The notes below the pieces were generated by a model, which saw nothing but the letters and a program-made list of their open reading frames with translations, did not search any database and was not told the origin of the DNA. From assembly GCA_049599475.1 (NCBI GenBank), contig JBMYOQ010000029.1:1-46986 (forward strand): a DNA stretch of 46,986 bases, read 5' to 3'. Within the stretch, counting starts at the first letter, position 1, and every line of letters begins with the position of its first letter. Shown here one piece after another: positions 9,047 to 18,550 of the stretch. A program made the position numbers and the translations under genes. The DNA comes from Opitutales bacterium (GTDB lineage: Bacteria > Verrucomicrobiota > Verrucomicrobiia > Opitutales > JABSRG01).

Positions 9047-12000
9047 ATGATACGGAATATACACCTCAGATCCTGCACTTTTGTAGGGCTCGTACTCCTG
9101 CTGACTCTGCCATTCGCACGCGCAAGGGATCCCTTTCTCACGGAGACGCATAACGATCTCATTCTCCACGTCGATGTGAATGGCGACTCCCTAGTCGACA
9201 CAGTTCTGGCAGACAAAGCAGGGGCCACCATCGTGGTCGGACTCAATTTGGGTCCAGAAAAAGCACTCGTCTGGACTAATGTTATGCGCGTGAATGGATT
9301 CGAAGGAATCGATGGTCTGGCATTTGGTTCATTTGGCCCTAATGGGGTTGACGCAATCGCGGTTAGCCATCGAGCCTCCAACCGAGTGGCATTATTTGAA
9401 GAAACTGAGAACATTCTGAGAGCGCTATCTCCAGCACAGATTTTCCCAAGTAACATCGGCCCCGACGAGTTGGTTTCAATGCGCTTAGGGAGTATTGATA
9501 CCGCACTCGGCGAATTACTCGTCCAAACAACATTCAATGGGGCCGTTTCAGATGCCCAAGAAGGCCTGTATTACGAATTGGATCAACTGAACCACACTGG
9601 AGCGGGAACCAACCTACAGGGAGCAAAACATCTCCAACGCCTGCGGTGGAATGATTCTGATCTACCTGTTTTGGGAGTCATCCGCGAAGCCGAAGGGAAC
9701 GCATTCCTAGAGCTGTACGAAATGAAAGAATTCAAGGATAGCGGCCCGAAAAAGCTGATAGATGGATCCTATTCAGTTTCAAGCGGATCCAAGTACGCCT
9801 GGTCCATGCTAGAGAGCGAATCCTCAATCGCATTCACATACGTAACCGGAGGGAACACCATAAAAGGAGCTCTTCTTAGATCAGGAGCTTTGGAGGATGC
9901 ATTCTCTTACAATGAGCTGGGGAAGGGCACAATAGATATGCTTATGGCCTTCCAAAGCAGCGCCGGGGTCCGCCTCTTTTCGTTTCTCAGCGACGGATCT
10001 GTTCGTATCCTTGAAATGGATACACGCCTGAATATCGAATTGGATAACTTAATAACGCCTCTTAAGGGATTCGAATTTTCCTCTGCGAGTCCGATTGATT
10101 CAGATAATTTCTCACTAACCTCTATCTCTGGCGACACTGAATCCTATGAATTTTACGGATACGATGGTCGCGAACACAGAAGTCTTGGAATCAAAGAACC
10201 ACTGCCCTCTCGAAAGATCGCTCCTTCCCCGGATAATCTGTTCGTTTTCACAAACGAACCTTTCATCACATCTCAGCCCATTCTTGTATCTCGTGACCAA
10301 AAAGGAGATTGGACATCTCAGCCTGTGTTGAGCCCGGAAGAAACCACCGTTGAAGATTTTGACAACCCGAGCCAAGGTCTAGGCATTCCAACGACTAATG
10401 TAAGTTTCACAGATTATTCTGATGGCAATGGAAGATTCGTCTTAGGCAATCAGGTCCGTCCAGACATAGCCCTTTACAGTTTCGAAAGTCGCGTGGGCGC
10501 TGTCATTAGCGAGCTGGCCGCGGACCCCAGATCCGGCCAATATTCAGATTCAATCCAGGTTGCGCTGACAGCGGATAATCCGCAGGTACTCGTCTATTGG
10601 TCTATCGACGGAGATTGGTCCCCCTACACAGGGCCGATCCCGATATTTTCCGACTCCACTCTCTATTTCTTCGCTGAAGATAAAGATGATGGATCGCGCT
10701 CACCCATTTTTTCCGAAGACTACACCTTCATCCTACCCATCGAGTCTCAAGATGCAGACGGTGATCTAGTGCCCGATTTCGTCGAAGTAGATTTCGGTCT
10801 AGATCCGTTTCTCAGTGGCAATGACGCCGACGGTGATGGTGCCTTCGACCTGGAAGAAATCCTCGAAGGCAAGGATCCAAACGATGCAGGCGATACTCCT
10901 CCTTCGCAAGATCTCGCACTCTACCGATCAGCCTTCGACCTGGGCGCTATTCCGGAGGCCCACTCAGGATTGAGCTCTTCACCCCTGCGCTCACCACTAT
11001 CAGGAGATGATGCGTCTGCCGCCCTGCTAGAAGTCCATGAACTGCTCGATGCGATACTAGATCAGAAAGCAGTCAGCGCCGGCGCAATCCCTGGCGAGCC
11101 ACTACCCTCCGCCGTATTCGATGCGCTTCCGGGCGACACAGAAAACGGTTTTTTACTCCTCGCAACGCAAGCTTCCTACTCAATCTCAGTCTCCGGATCA
11201 ATCGAACCCATCGGACGAGAAATGCTTAGCTTAGTATCCATTCCGACCTTTGAAAACAGCGTGGTCCCCTATACCTTTTCAGAAGCGACGCTTGCCGATG
11301 GCGTTACTGCATGGATCGACGCAGCAAGTACCTACTATGAGTCTCAAGAGAGATCTCGTATCGACGAGCTCCTTACATTGGAATCTACAGCCAAATTTCT
11401 GATTTTCGAGAACATAATAGCCAGCTTATTCCACGACCGAGGAGACATCCCCTACCCAGCGGTGAGCCTAAGCCCCCACAGGGAAAGCGAAAGTGCGATT
11501 TCATTCGGAGACAGCCCAGACGAAGATCAGGTGCTCTACTTTACTCCGACAGGATCGGAACTTCTGGCACTTTCACAGTATCAAGAAAGCGCAGACAATG
11601 GCTACGACTTGGAGCTTCTGTTTTCCCAGATATCTGACGAGCTGGACAGCCCCACGAGTGCCTCATCATCCGCATTCCTTACTCTGGTCGAGGAAGTCTA
11701 TCGAATCGCCACTGCAGGCAGTGAATCACTTGGCAGCTTCCGGTCCCCAGTCGACACGCTCAGGGATTTCCTCAGGTATGGTCAACTCAATGCCAACTAC
11801 GCGGCAGCAGTGAGTGATAATTCTGGAATCACTGGCCTGAACGCGAGCACCCTCCTCGTTGCAGCAGATGTACCTACAGTCTTCACATCAGATCTTCCAG
11901 AACTCAGCGTAGACACGCGCACCTTGATTGTGACTCATGCAAACGAATCCGGCGCTATCCTCACAAGCGACGATAGCGTAGTCCCTGCATTGAGCGTTGC

Positions 12001-12598
12001 TGTGCTTTACTCGGAAGTGAGCTCTCTCGCAAATCAATCGTTTGGCCTCCTTCCAGAGACTACCATTCTTGTCACAGGGTATGTAGAAGACCCAAGTGAC
12101 AACCCATGGTCAGCTGATATGGTTCTAGATCCGATCAGCATTGAGTTACTTTCGGTTCCAACACCACAACAGGTAGACTCCAACAATAACCTCCTCGAAG
12201 ACTCCTTTGAAACTATCTTTTTTGGCGGGCTAACCGCAGGCCCTCTGGGAACAGATTCCGACGACGATGGGTTCAGCGATTTCCAGGAAGCCATCGAAGG
12301 CACGTCGCCCACTGACGGCCTGAGCTTTCCTTCAGGCTTCGCATTCTCACCCAGCCTACAAAACATACAAATGTTCGTGGATCTCGTAGCAGATGAATTC
12401 GTAATGCAATTCAACTACCCAGGCATCTTTTCCGAACAGGTGAACTTCGACATATACCAATCTGATGATCTTCGGACTTGGTCACCGACGGGTGTCCAAG
12501 CCACATACCTCGGCAACGGTAGCTGGGAAGCCAGTGTCGCCCAACCCCCACTCAGTCCAAAAAAATTCTTCCGTAGCGTGTTGAGCCTGGCGCCTTAG
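9047..12598 (+). CDS. Secreted surface protein: FG-GAP/VCBS-like N-terminus, chitobiase/Fn3-associated domain, thrombospondin-3-like Ca-binding repeats, putative verrucomicrobial C-terminal sorting domain
   Basis: Signal peptide; VDVNGDSLVD; PRSGQYSDSIQVAL..YWSIDG..YTGPI; DADGDLVPDFVE, DADGDGAFDLEE, DSDDDGFSDFQE; ends YQSDDLRTW...KKFFRSVL. Starts 2 nt after the upstream stop codon. Confidence 0.8.
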   Translation: MIRNIHLRSCTFVGLVLLLTLPFARARDPFLTETHNDLILHVDVNGDSLVDTVLADKAGATIVVGLNLGPEKALVWTNVMRVNGFEGIDGLAFGSFGPNGVDAIAVSHRASNRVALFEETENILRALSPAQIFPSNIGPDELVSMRLGSIDTALGELLVQTTFNGAVSDAQEGLYYELDQLNHTGAGTNLQGAKHLQRLRWNDSDLPVLGVIREAEGNAFLELYEMKEFKDSGPKKLIDGSYSVSSGSKYAWSMLESESSIAFTYVTGGNTIKGALLRSGALEDAFSYNELGKGTIDMLMAFQSSAGVRLFSFLSDGSVRILEMDTRLNIELDNLITPLKGFEFSSASPIDSDNFSLTSISGDTESYEFYGYDGREHRSLGIKEPLPSRKIAPSPDNLFVFTNEPFITSQPILVSRDQKGDWTSQPVLSPEETTVEDFDNPSQGLGIPTTNVSFTDYSDGNGRFVLGNQVRPDIALYSFESRVGAVISELAADPRSGQYSDSIQVALTADNPQVLVYWSIDGDWSPYTGPIPIFSDSTLYFFAEDKDDGSRSPIFSEDYTFILPIESQDADGDLVPDFVEVDFGLDPFLSGNDADGDGAFDLEEILEGKDPNDAGDTPPSQDLALYRSAFDLGAIPEAHSGLSSSPLRSPLSGDDASAALLEVHELLDAILDQKAVSAGAIPGEPLPSAVFDALPGDTENGFLLLATQASYSISVSGSIEPIGREMLSLVSIPTFENSVVPYTFSEATLADGVTAWIDAASTYYESQERSRIDELLTLESTAKFLIFENIIASLFHDRGDIPYPAVSLSPHRESESAISFGDSPDEDQVLYFTPTGSELLALSQYQESADNGYDLELLFSQISDELDSPTSASSSAFLTLVEEVYRIATAGSESLGSFRSPVDTLRDFLRYGQLNANYAAAVSDNSGITGLNASTLLVAADVPTVFTSDLPELSVDTRTLIVTHANESGAILTSDDSVVPALSVAVLYSEVSSLANQSFGLLPETTILVTGYVEDPSDNPWSADMVLDPISIELLSVPTPQQVDSNNNLLEDSFETIFFGGLTAGPLGTDSDDDGFSDFQEAIEGTSPTDGLSFPSGFAFSPSLQNIQMFVDLVADEFVMQFNYPGIFSEQVNFDIYQSDDLRTWSPTGVQATYLGNGSWEASVAQPPLSPKKFFRSVLSLAP

Positions 12599-12667
12599 GC
12601 GGAATGGATTTACATCGAATATCGCTCTGCAATTGAGTTTTTTCATGTAGTGTGTGACTCGTATTCT

Positions 12668-13339
12668 ATGGTCGCACTTCTGAAGTTCCTTCGTACCTAC
12701 TGGCCTTTGGCGATTATTTTCGCCGTCTGTATCCTTGCGTTCTTGGTGGATCTCGTGGCCTTTGCCCAAGACATCTGGATTTCTCAAAATCTCTTGATGG
12801 TTCCACACAAGATTTCAGGAGCCTGGGAGAACTTGCTGGCCGGCAATCTCGGATGGGGCTCGCTAAGCCCTCTAAGTACGCTAGTAAGCTACGCCTTTTT
12901 CCACGCGGACTTTGGCCACATCTTTTGGAACCTGCTGTTCATATGGATATTTGGCTCTTTGGTTCTACGCGAACTCGGCGCAGTTTGGTTTTTCATCTGC
13001 TATTTCTTGGCGGCGATCGCCGGGGGCCTCGCGCAGACTCTTTTAGACCCCCAGTCGACCATACCCACGCTTGGTGCTTCAGGGGCGCTCATGGGCCTAG
13101 AGGGCATCTACTTCGGCATGGCAATGCGCTGGCGATTACCGAATCCTGATGTATGGCCCATCGCCGAACCGATTCCTCAGGAACGTCTCATGATTCTAGC
13201 CGGATTCGGCATTCTCATGGACATTTCAGGCGTCATAGGCCAGAGCGGAAACATCGCCTACGGAGCCCACATCGGCGGATTCATCTGCGGCATGTTTTTG
13301 GCAACCGTCGTAATTCCAAGGCCGCGGAATGCACAGTAG
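12668..13339 (+). CDS. Rhomboid family intramembrane serine protease
   Basis: HADFGHIFWN, catalytic GASG and AHIGG motifs; multiple TM helices. ATG at 12668 preferred over the ORF-track GTG at 12650. Confidence 0.92.
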   Translation: MVALLKFLRTYWPLAIIFAVCILAFLVDLVAFAQDIWISQNLLMVPHKISGAWENLLAGNLGWGSLSPLSTLVSYAFFHADFGHIFWNLLFIWIFGSLVLRELGAVWFFICYFLAAIAGGLAQTLLDPQSTIPTLGASGALMGLEGIYFGMAMRWRLPNPDVWPIAEPIPQERLMILAGFGILMDISGVIGQSGNIAYGAHIGGFICGMFLATVVIPRPRNAQ

Positions 13340-13371
13340 ATTAGGTAAAATGCAGGTCTATACAGACGCTG

Positions 13372-15357
13372 CTATTTCAAAATATAGTCTATGGTATTCT
13401 GAACAGGATCGCCAACGTAGAGCTCCTCGATCATCGCTTGAGCCACATCCAGAGCTTCTTTGGCAGATCCGTATTCCTCCTCGTTGAGATATTTATGAAT
13501 TTGCGTGGTGAGGATCGAAGACACAGCAGGATATGTCACCATTTGGGGCCGATTACGATACATCCCATTTACAAACACATTGCGGGCATATTTTAGCGCA
13601 TCGTTCTGCTGATAGACCTCATCGAGTACGCTATCGATGACTGGGACACGAATTGCCGTGCGGATACGCCCATCAGGCATAATACTTTTTTCAAGGCTTC
13701 GTCTCCTCTGATATTTTTCACTCACCAAAAAGGAAATAATCTCGGCTGCGGCCTCTTGGGTCCCTTTCTCCAAAGCGTAAGGGGTTATTGCATACATCGC
13801 CCCTCCAAGCGCACTGAAGCCAGTATCTTCAAATGAGCTCTTAAAAGACAAGGGCCTAGCAATAGGGCGAACGGAGCCCATGTTTGGGTATTCTATGCCT
13901 TCATCAAAGCGCTGAAGGCTAGTGGTCCAGTTTCGCATCGCAAAAGACTTTCCCTGAGCAAAATGGCGCTCACTCGACTTTTCGTTCAGCCCAAAGGTCC
14001 CTTTCTGAATGTCTCTAGCTCGAAACGAAGCTGGGTCGATAAACTGAATTTCGACCATCTCTCGAATCCATTCCACCGTCTCGATCATCTTTGCATTATT
14101 CACATGCGGCGGTTTCTTCCTGTTGGGAACCGCGATGTTTCCCCCGCGGGCCCACAGGAATTCGAGTAGGTTGCACATAAAGCCTTCGTAATTCGCTCCC
14201 TGAATCACGACACCCGTCCAGTCTTTATATTGCTCTTGTTGGCGAAGCTCCAAAAAGAGTTCGACGAAGTCTTCCCAACTTTCTGGATCCTCTTTGACAT
14301 GATCTCCGCGCACCATAATTGCACTTACACTCGTGTAATAAGGAATCGCGTGGACGAGCAGTCCGGTATTACCTCCTTCCGGCAGCAATACACTCGCAGC
14401 CTTTTCCCGTAAACCAGACGATAATTTTAACTGGTCTATCTCGTCGAATTCTTGCAGGGAAACTACCTTGCCTGACTCCGCAAACAACTGAAGCCAGTGG
14501 TGGTCGAGCTCCATAATCTCAGGCTGAAAATCATCGTTTCGTTCAAATTCGAGTAGAATAGACCTCAGCAGTTCCGATACATTCTGATGTAATGGGTCAT
14601 CAACAGTTTGAGATGCATCGAGAGCAGGATCATTATAATCCAAGACTACTTCAAGGTTCGCCAAACCTTGATTCGAGAGATCCAAGTTAAAACTCTCCAT
14701 CTGGGTCTCGCGCGTCTCTGCGTTACCAAATTTCCCATCAAAATTCCCGGCGACTCCAAGAACCACAGGTTGGCTGAATGAATTGAGGAAAAGGACAACG
14801 CAGACAAGCAATACGGCAACGATTGAACTCCCCCATATAAATCGCTTCTTCCGCGCTTTGGCGCGCTTTTCAAACTCAAGATCCGCAGCTCGCTTCTTCT
14901 TTGGCTTCGGCCCTGGGTCTGGCGTCTTAGGCTCTTGAGTGGCGGATCCCTTTCCCCCTTTCAACGCCGCGATAACGACCTGAGAAAGCTCTTCAATCTT
15001 TTCCTCCATCGGAGGATCGATAGCCTCAAGCCAGTGCGTGGTACTTAAATAGTAAGCCAGGTTTCCCCCGGGACTCAGGCGCTCAATTCTAAGAGGTATG
15101 ATTGTTTTACCCTCCGTTACCGCTTGATGCACTTCACGCGACACGTGCTCGGACTCGTTTGATGAGCTGGAGAAAACGAGGATTACAACCGACGCTTCAC
15201 TGATTGCCGAAACAATCTGCTTCGGCCAACTCTCGCCAGGCACGACATCCCGGGGCGCTATCCAACAAGGAATTCCTTTGCCCTCAAAGCGAGCGCAGAC
15301 AGCATCTGCGATGAGTTTGTCGTTTTTTGAGAAAGAGATAAAAACTTTATGTGCCAC
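13372..15357 (-). CDS. TIR domain - single TM - extracytoplasmic sugar-binding (family 1 SBP, trehalose/maltose type) fusion protein
   Basis: TIR_2 motifs VFISFS..D, CWIAPRDVVPGESW, S..VSREV (putative catalytic Glu); basic linker then TM FIWGSSIVAVLLVCVVLFL; SBP motifs AIPYYTS, PESWED, QGANYEGFMCN..E..W..GG, FAMRNW, LGG, RP..Y..VS. Confidence 0.88.
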   Translation of the reverse strand: MAHKVFISFSKNDKLIADAVCARFEGKGIPCWIAPRDVVPGESWPKQIVSAISEASVVILVFSSSSNESEHVSREVHQAVTEGKTIIPLRIERLSPGGNLAYYLSTTHWLEAIDPPMEEKIEELSQVVIAALKGGKGSATQEPKTPDPGPKPKKKRAADLEFEKRAKARKKRFIWGSSIVAVLLVCVVLFLNSFSQPVVLGVAGNFDGKFGNAETRETQMESFNLDLSNQGLANLEVVLDYNDPALDASQTVDDPLHQNVSELLRSILLEFERNDDFQPEIMELDHHWLQLFAESGKVVSLQEFDEIDQLKLSSGLREKAASVLLPEGGNTGLLVHAIPYYTSVSAIMVRGDHVKEDPESWEDFVELFLELRQQEQYKDWTGVVIQGANYEGFMCNLLEFLWARGGNIAVPNRKKPPHVNNAKMIETVEWIREMVEIQFIDPASFRARDIQKGTFGLNEKSSERHFAQGKSFAMRNWTTSLQRFDEGIEYPNMGSVRPIARPLSFKSSFEDTGFSALGGAMYAITPYALEKGTQEAAAEIISFLVSEKYQRRRSLEKSIMPDGRIRTAIRVPVIDSVLDEVYQQNDALKYARNVFVNGMYRNRPQMVTYPAVSSILTTQIHKYLNEEEYGSAKEALDVAQAMIEELYVGDPVQNTIDYILK

Positions 15358-15479
15358 GTCTAATTTAATTTTAGTCCAAGCCAGCCGGATTCATTCCAAG
15401 CCCTGTATTTATCTACAGCTTAATCCACTGAGCCTACAGTCAAAGCTGTCGCTGAAAGGCACCTGTTGAACAATTACGA

Positions 15480-17783
15480 CTACTCGTCCACCTCTTTGCG
15501 ATATACCACGGACCAGTCAGACACCTCGTCAATCATATCGATAGCTAACAGATCCAGGGACTGAAGAACGGATTGAATATGCCCACCAATCGGTCCCAAC
15601 TCTGACTTATCACCCGAATGTGAAATACATTCGCTGAGCTCTAGAAATTCCTTCTTTTTATCCGCAAGAAAAGAACTCATATCCTTATAACGATCCGCAA
15701 GACGTGCCGCCTCTGTGAAGAATTTCACAGAGGCAAAAATACTAGCGAGGGTCGGCAGGACAGCACCAATGATCAGCGGAATTGCTGAAACGCTTTCATC
15801 ATTCCAACGATTGTAGACCAAAAATACCAAGAACAACAAAGTGCCGAATGCGGTTGTATTGAACACTACATTACCGAATGACAAGTTTCGGCTAATTACC
15901 TCATACCTTCCGGCATTTTTATGATGGTATTCGACTTGTCCAATCAACCAATCATTTATGAGCAAATTCAATGCATCAACATGTCCAGGGCGCCACATTC
16001 TGATCTCTTTTTTCCCGATAGAGAGCGACAAGGATCTCTTCTCTACAATGCCAGGCATATCTTCGGAGAAGGGATCTATTTCACGAATCCAAGCCCACAA
16101 AAGCCAATCCATGGCATTAGTTTCTAAATCGTTAGACAGACTCCTAGATTTAGTAACAGAAGGAGGACGCGTATGTCCAAACAACGGTAAATATCTCAGT
16201 GATCGCATGCGCTCCATGGTGTATCGAGTCACAATTGCCTTACGATTCCAACTCTTGTCCAAAGTCGCTTCTTTTCTGCTGTTTCCAAAAAATTTCCCTT
16301 TGAGGTAGATAATACCACCAAACAGCTTGCCCTCTCCATTCGCCCAGAACGAATTTAATAAAATACCTCCAACACAGAATGCCTGAAAGGAATAGATTGT
16401 AAGATCCATCAAGCGGGAAGGGTCCTCGAATGCTTCATGAACAATCGACCCGGCCAATGCAAAAATCACCAAAAGAAAATTCACCAAAAACGAACCTCGG
16501 TACCGCCCAGTATAATGTGAATTTAGTGATTTGATCACCACACGCTTACTTTCCATCGGCGGTTTGAGCCCAGGACCAAGAACAGGCTCAGTGTTCGAAT
16601 TCCCCTCAGAGTCAGCTGCTCTAGAATCAGTAGCGCTGGTGAATATAGTATCTGATACAGGGCCAACGGTGGTGTGCTCCTTCTTGCCTCCGACTCGGCA
16701 GAGAAAGACTGACTCGAAAAAACTATAAATTCTCTCATGGATTGTCTCAGCCTCTCTCTTAAACCAAGCACTCCTCCCTTGAGGAGGTTCAAACAGATCT
16801 TTCAATAGGGTAACATTCTCTGGTACCGGATGCCTCAACGTGGCCGCTGCTCGGGAGCCCTTCGTAACAGGAAATTCTGAATCATTAGCCAGAATACCAG
16901 CTAAACAGGAGAGCATTTCATCAATAGCATTCTCATTTTTGTCCGACGCACACGGACGCCTCCCACCTGCCATGCGGATCTCCTCTATGTCGTCGTCATT
17001 CCGCAGCCACACAAGGGAAGGTTCTTCCTCTTTGCCACGTAAACAAATGAATAGCACCGGGAGCTTTTGTCTTTGAGCCTCCTTCATGGTCTCAACCGTT
17101 CCACCCGCTCGATCCTCATCATAAGGGTCTACAATCGCTATCAGGCAATCGATCTGTCTCAACAAAAGCGCACTTTGTGAGCGGTGGCCGCGACGCCTTC
17201 TTACGGTCCTCAACTTTTCTCTAGACGGCGAGATATCGAACGTAGCCGGGGGCTTAGCTTCATCTAGCCCATAATGTATCAGTTCCCGTTTTTTAGGATC
17301 AAAAATCCCGTCGGCGGCGACAAAACTGTCCACCCGCTCAAAGGTCTTCTCCCAGTTTTCGATTTCGCCAATCTCCCGCTCAAAGCAATAGGGCTTCAAA
17401 GAATCATCGCTGGGATGCATCTGCTGACTAAAGGGAACGATAGCCTGAATATGTCCCTCCACATCGCTGCGACTTTTAACAGAGCTCACAAAGGTCGAAA
17501 TCGCCTGGGTATCTGAACCTTCTGCCAAGCCACACGCGAAGGTAAAGCGTGGCATTTTCTCTGTGTCATAAAAATCGATACAACTACGATTATATTTCGA
17601 ATCAATTTGTCCATAGATATCCGCTAGAAGCTGGCTCACGGCCTCGAACACTGGCGCTAAAACCTTCGGAACTGACTCTCCTTCATAAGGAACTAGACCT
17701 TTTAGATTAGCTTTCCCTGCCAAACCCACTCTTAGAGTCAGGCGCGGCTTAGGAACAAGAGACGTTTGGCCAAATATAAGCAT
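15480..17783 (-). CDS. SLOG-superfamily domain fused to two SLATT/DUF4231-like 2TM modules
   Basis: SLOG-like motifs LRVGLAG, GLAEGSD, DCLIAIVD..AGGTVET..A...LPV. First TM pair is followed by W...TRYTMERMR; second is WLIGQVEYH + TM pair + RY..M + E..DW. Confidence 0.75.
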   Translation of the reverse strand: MLIFGQTSLVPKPRLTLRVGLAGKANLKGLVPYEGESVPKVLAPVFEAVSQLLADIYGQIDSKYNRSCIDFYDTEKMPRFTFACGLAEGSDTQAISTFVSSVKSRSDVEGHIQAIVPFSQQMHPSDDSLKPYCFEREIGEIENWEKTFERVDSFVAADGIFDPKKRELIHYGLDEAKPPATFDISPSREKLRTVRRRRGHRSQSALLLRQIDCLIAIVDPYDEDRAGGTVETMKEAQRQKLPVLFICLRGKEEEPSLVWLRNDDDIEEIRMAGGRRPCASDKNENAIDEMLSCLAGILANDSEFPVTKGSRAAATLRHPVPENVTLLKDLFEPPQGRSAWFKREAETIHERIYSFFESVFLCRVGGKKEHTTVGPVSDTIFTSATDSRAADSEGNSNTEPVLGPGLKPPMESKRVVIKSLNSHYTGRYRGSFLVNFLLVIFALAGSIVHEAFEDPSRLMDLTIYSFQAFCVGGILLNSFWANGEGKLFGGIIYLKGKFFGNSRKEATLDKSWNRKAIVTRYTMERMRSLRYLPLFGHTRPPSVTKSRSLSNDLETNAMDWLLWAWIREIDPFSEDMPGIVEKRSLSLSIGKKEIRMWRPGHVDALNLLINDWLIGQVEYHHKNAGRYEVISRNLSFGNVVFNTTAFGTLLFLVFLVYNRWNDESVSAIPLIIGAVLPTLASIFASVKFFTEAARLADRYKDMSSFLADKKKEFLELSECISHSGDKSELGPIGGHIQSVLQSLDLLAIDMIDEVSDWSVVYRKEVDE

Positions 17784-17899
17784 ACTGAGATGAAGCGTAA
17801 CCTGCGCAGCAATTTGCCCACCCTATTTGCGAAATATGATAGAGTCTAGTTCTACAAACTCCCAGAAGACGCACAATAGTCCGAGCCAAGAAGCCCGTC

Positions 17900-18550
17900 T
17901 TAATCATCATCCTTCGCGGATTCTTCAGTAACCTTGAGAGAAAAATTAACACGACCTCCGGTATCAGCGACTAAAGGTTCATCATTCAACATTTCGGCCA
18001 TGCCGTTAGATTTGACCAGGAAGTTTGCAAGAAACAAGCTACGTTCGTAGAAAACGAGTGCTTCGCAATGATATCCATTTTCGTCCGCTTGTAGAAATTT
18101 GGATGGACGCGCAAACTCGTCGACGATTTCTTTTTTGGCTCCGTGAACCGCGAGGTCCATGGATGTCTCAACAATCGCGAAAGGTCCCTCATCGCCATGC
18201 ACAAATGCACAAAAAAATCCCAGGTAAGAGAGGACAGACGTTGGAGTCAACTGAGGAGGATTCTTTGCATTCATCGCATGAATTGGAGGAGAAGTCCCAT
18301 CGAGACGATGAAGATGCTCATCAAGCATCCAAGCACCCGCAACCAATCCATTTGACCACGTCAAATCTCGCGCAATTATCAAGTCCACATCATCCCACCA
18401 AGTAAGTGGCATTCTCTCTACTATGGTTGTATCAGCAGAAATAGGAACTGCGTCGTCTATCCAACCAACACGCCTGGCAAATGCATCAGTTTCCTCAGCA
18501 TTGAGTCGGATAGGTTTTATATTATAAAGAGGTATCGAAAATGGCTTCAT
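17900..18550 (-). CDS. Hypothetical protein (216 aa), translationally coupled to the upstream ankyrin ORF
   Basis: ATGA start/stop overlap at 18547-18550; globular-looking sequence with LDGTSPPIH..N, YLGFFCAFVHGDEGPF and GMAEMLNDEP segments. Confidence 0.8.
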   Translation of the reverse strand: MKPFSIPLYNIKPIRLNAEETDAFARRVGWIDDAVPISADTTIVERMPLTWWDDVDLIIARDLTWSNGLVAGAWMLDEHLHRLDGTSPPIHAMNAKNPPQLTPTSVLSYLGFFCAFVHGDEGPFAIVETSMDLAVHGAKKEIVDEFARPSKFLQADENGYHCEALVFYERSLFLANFLVKSNGMAEMLNDEPLVADTGGRVNFSLKVTEESAKDDD

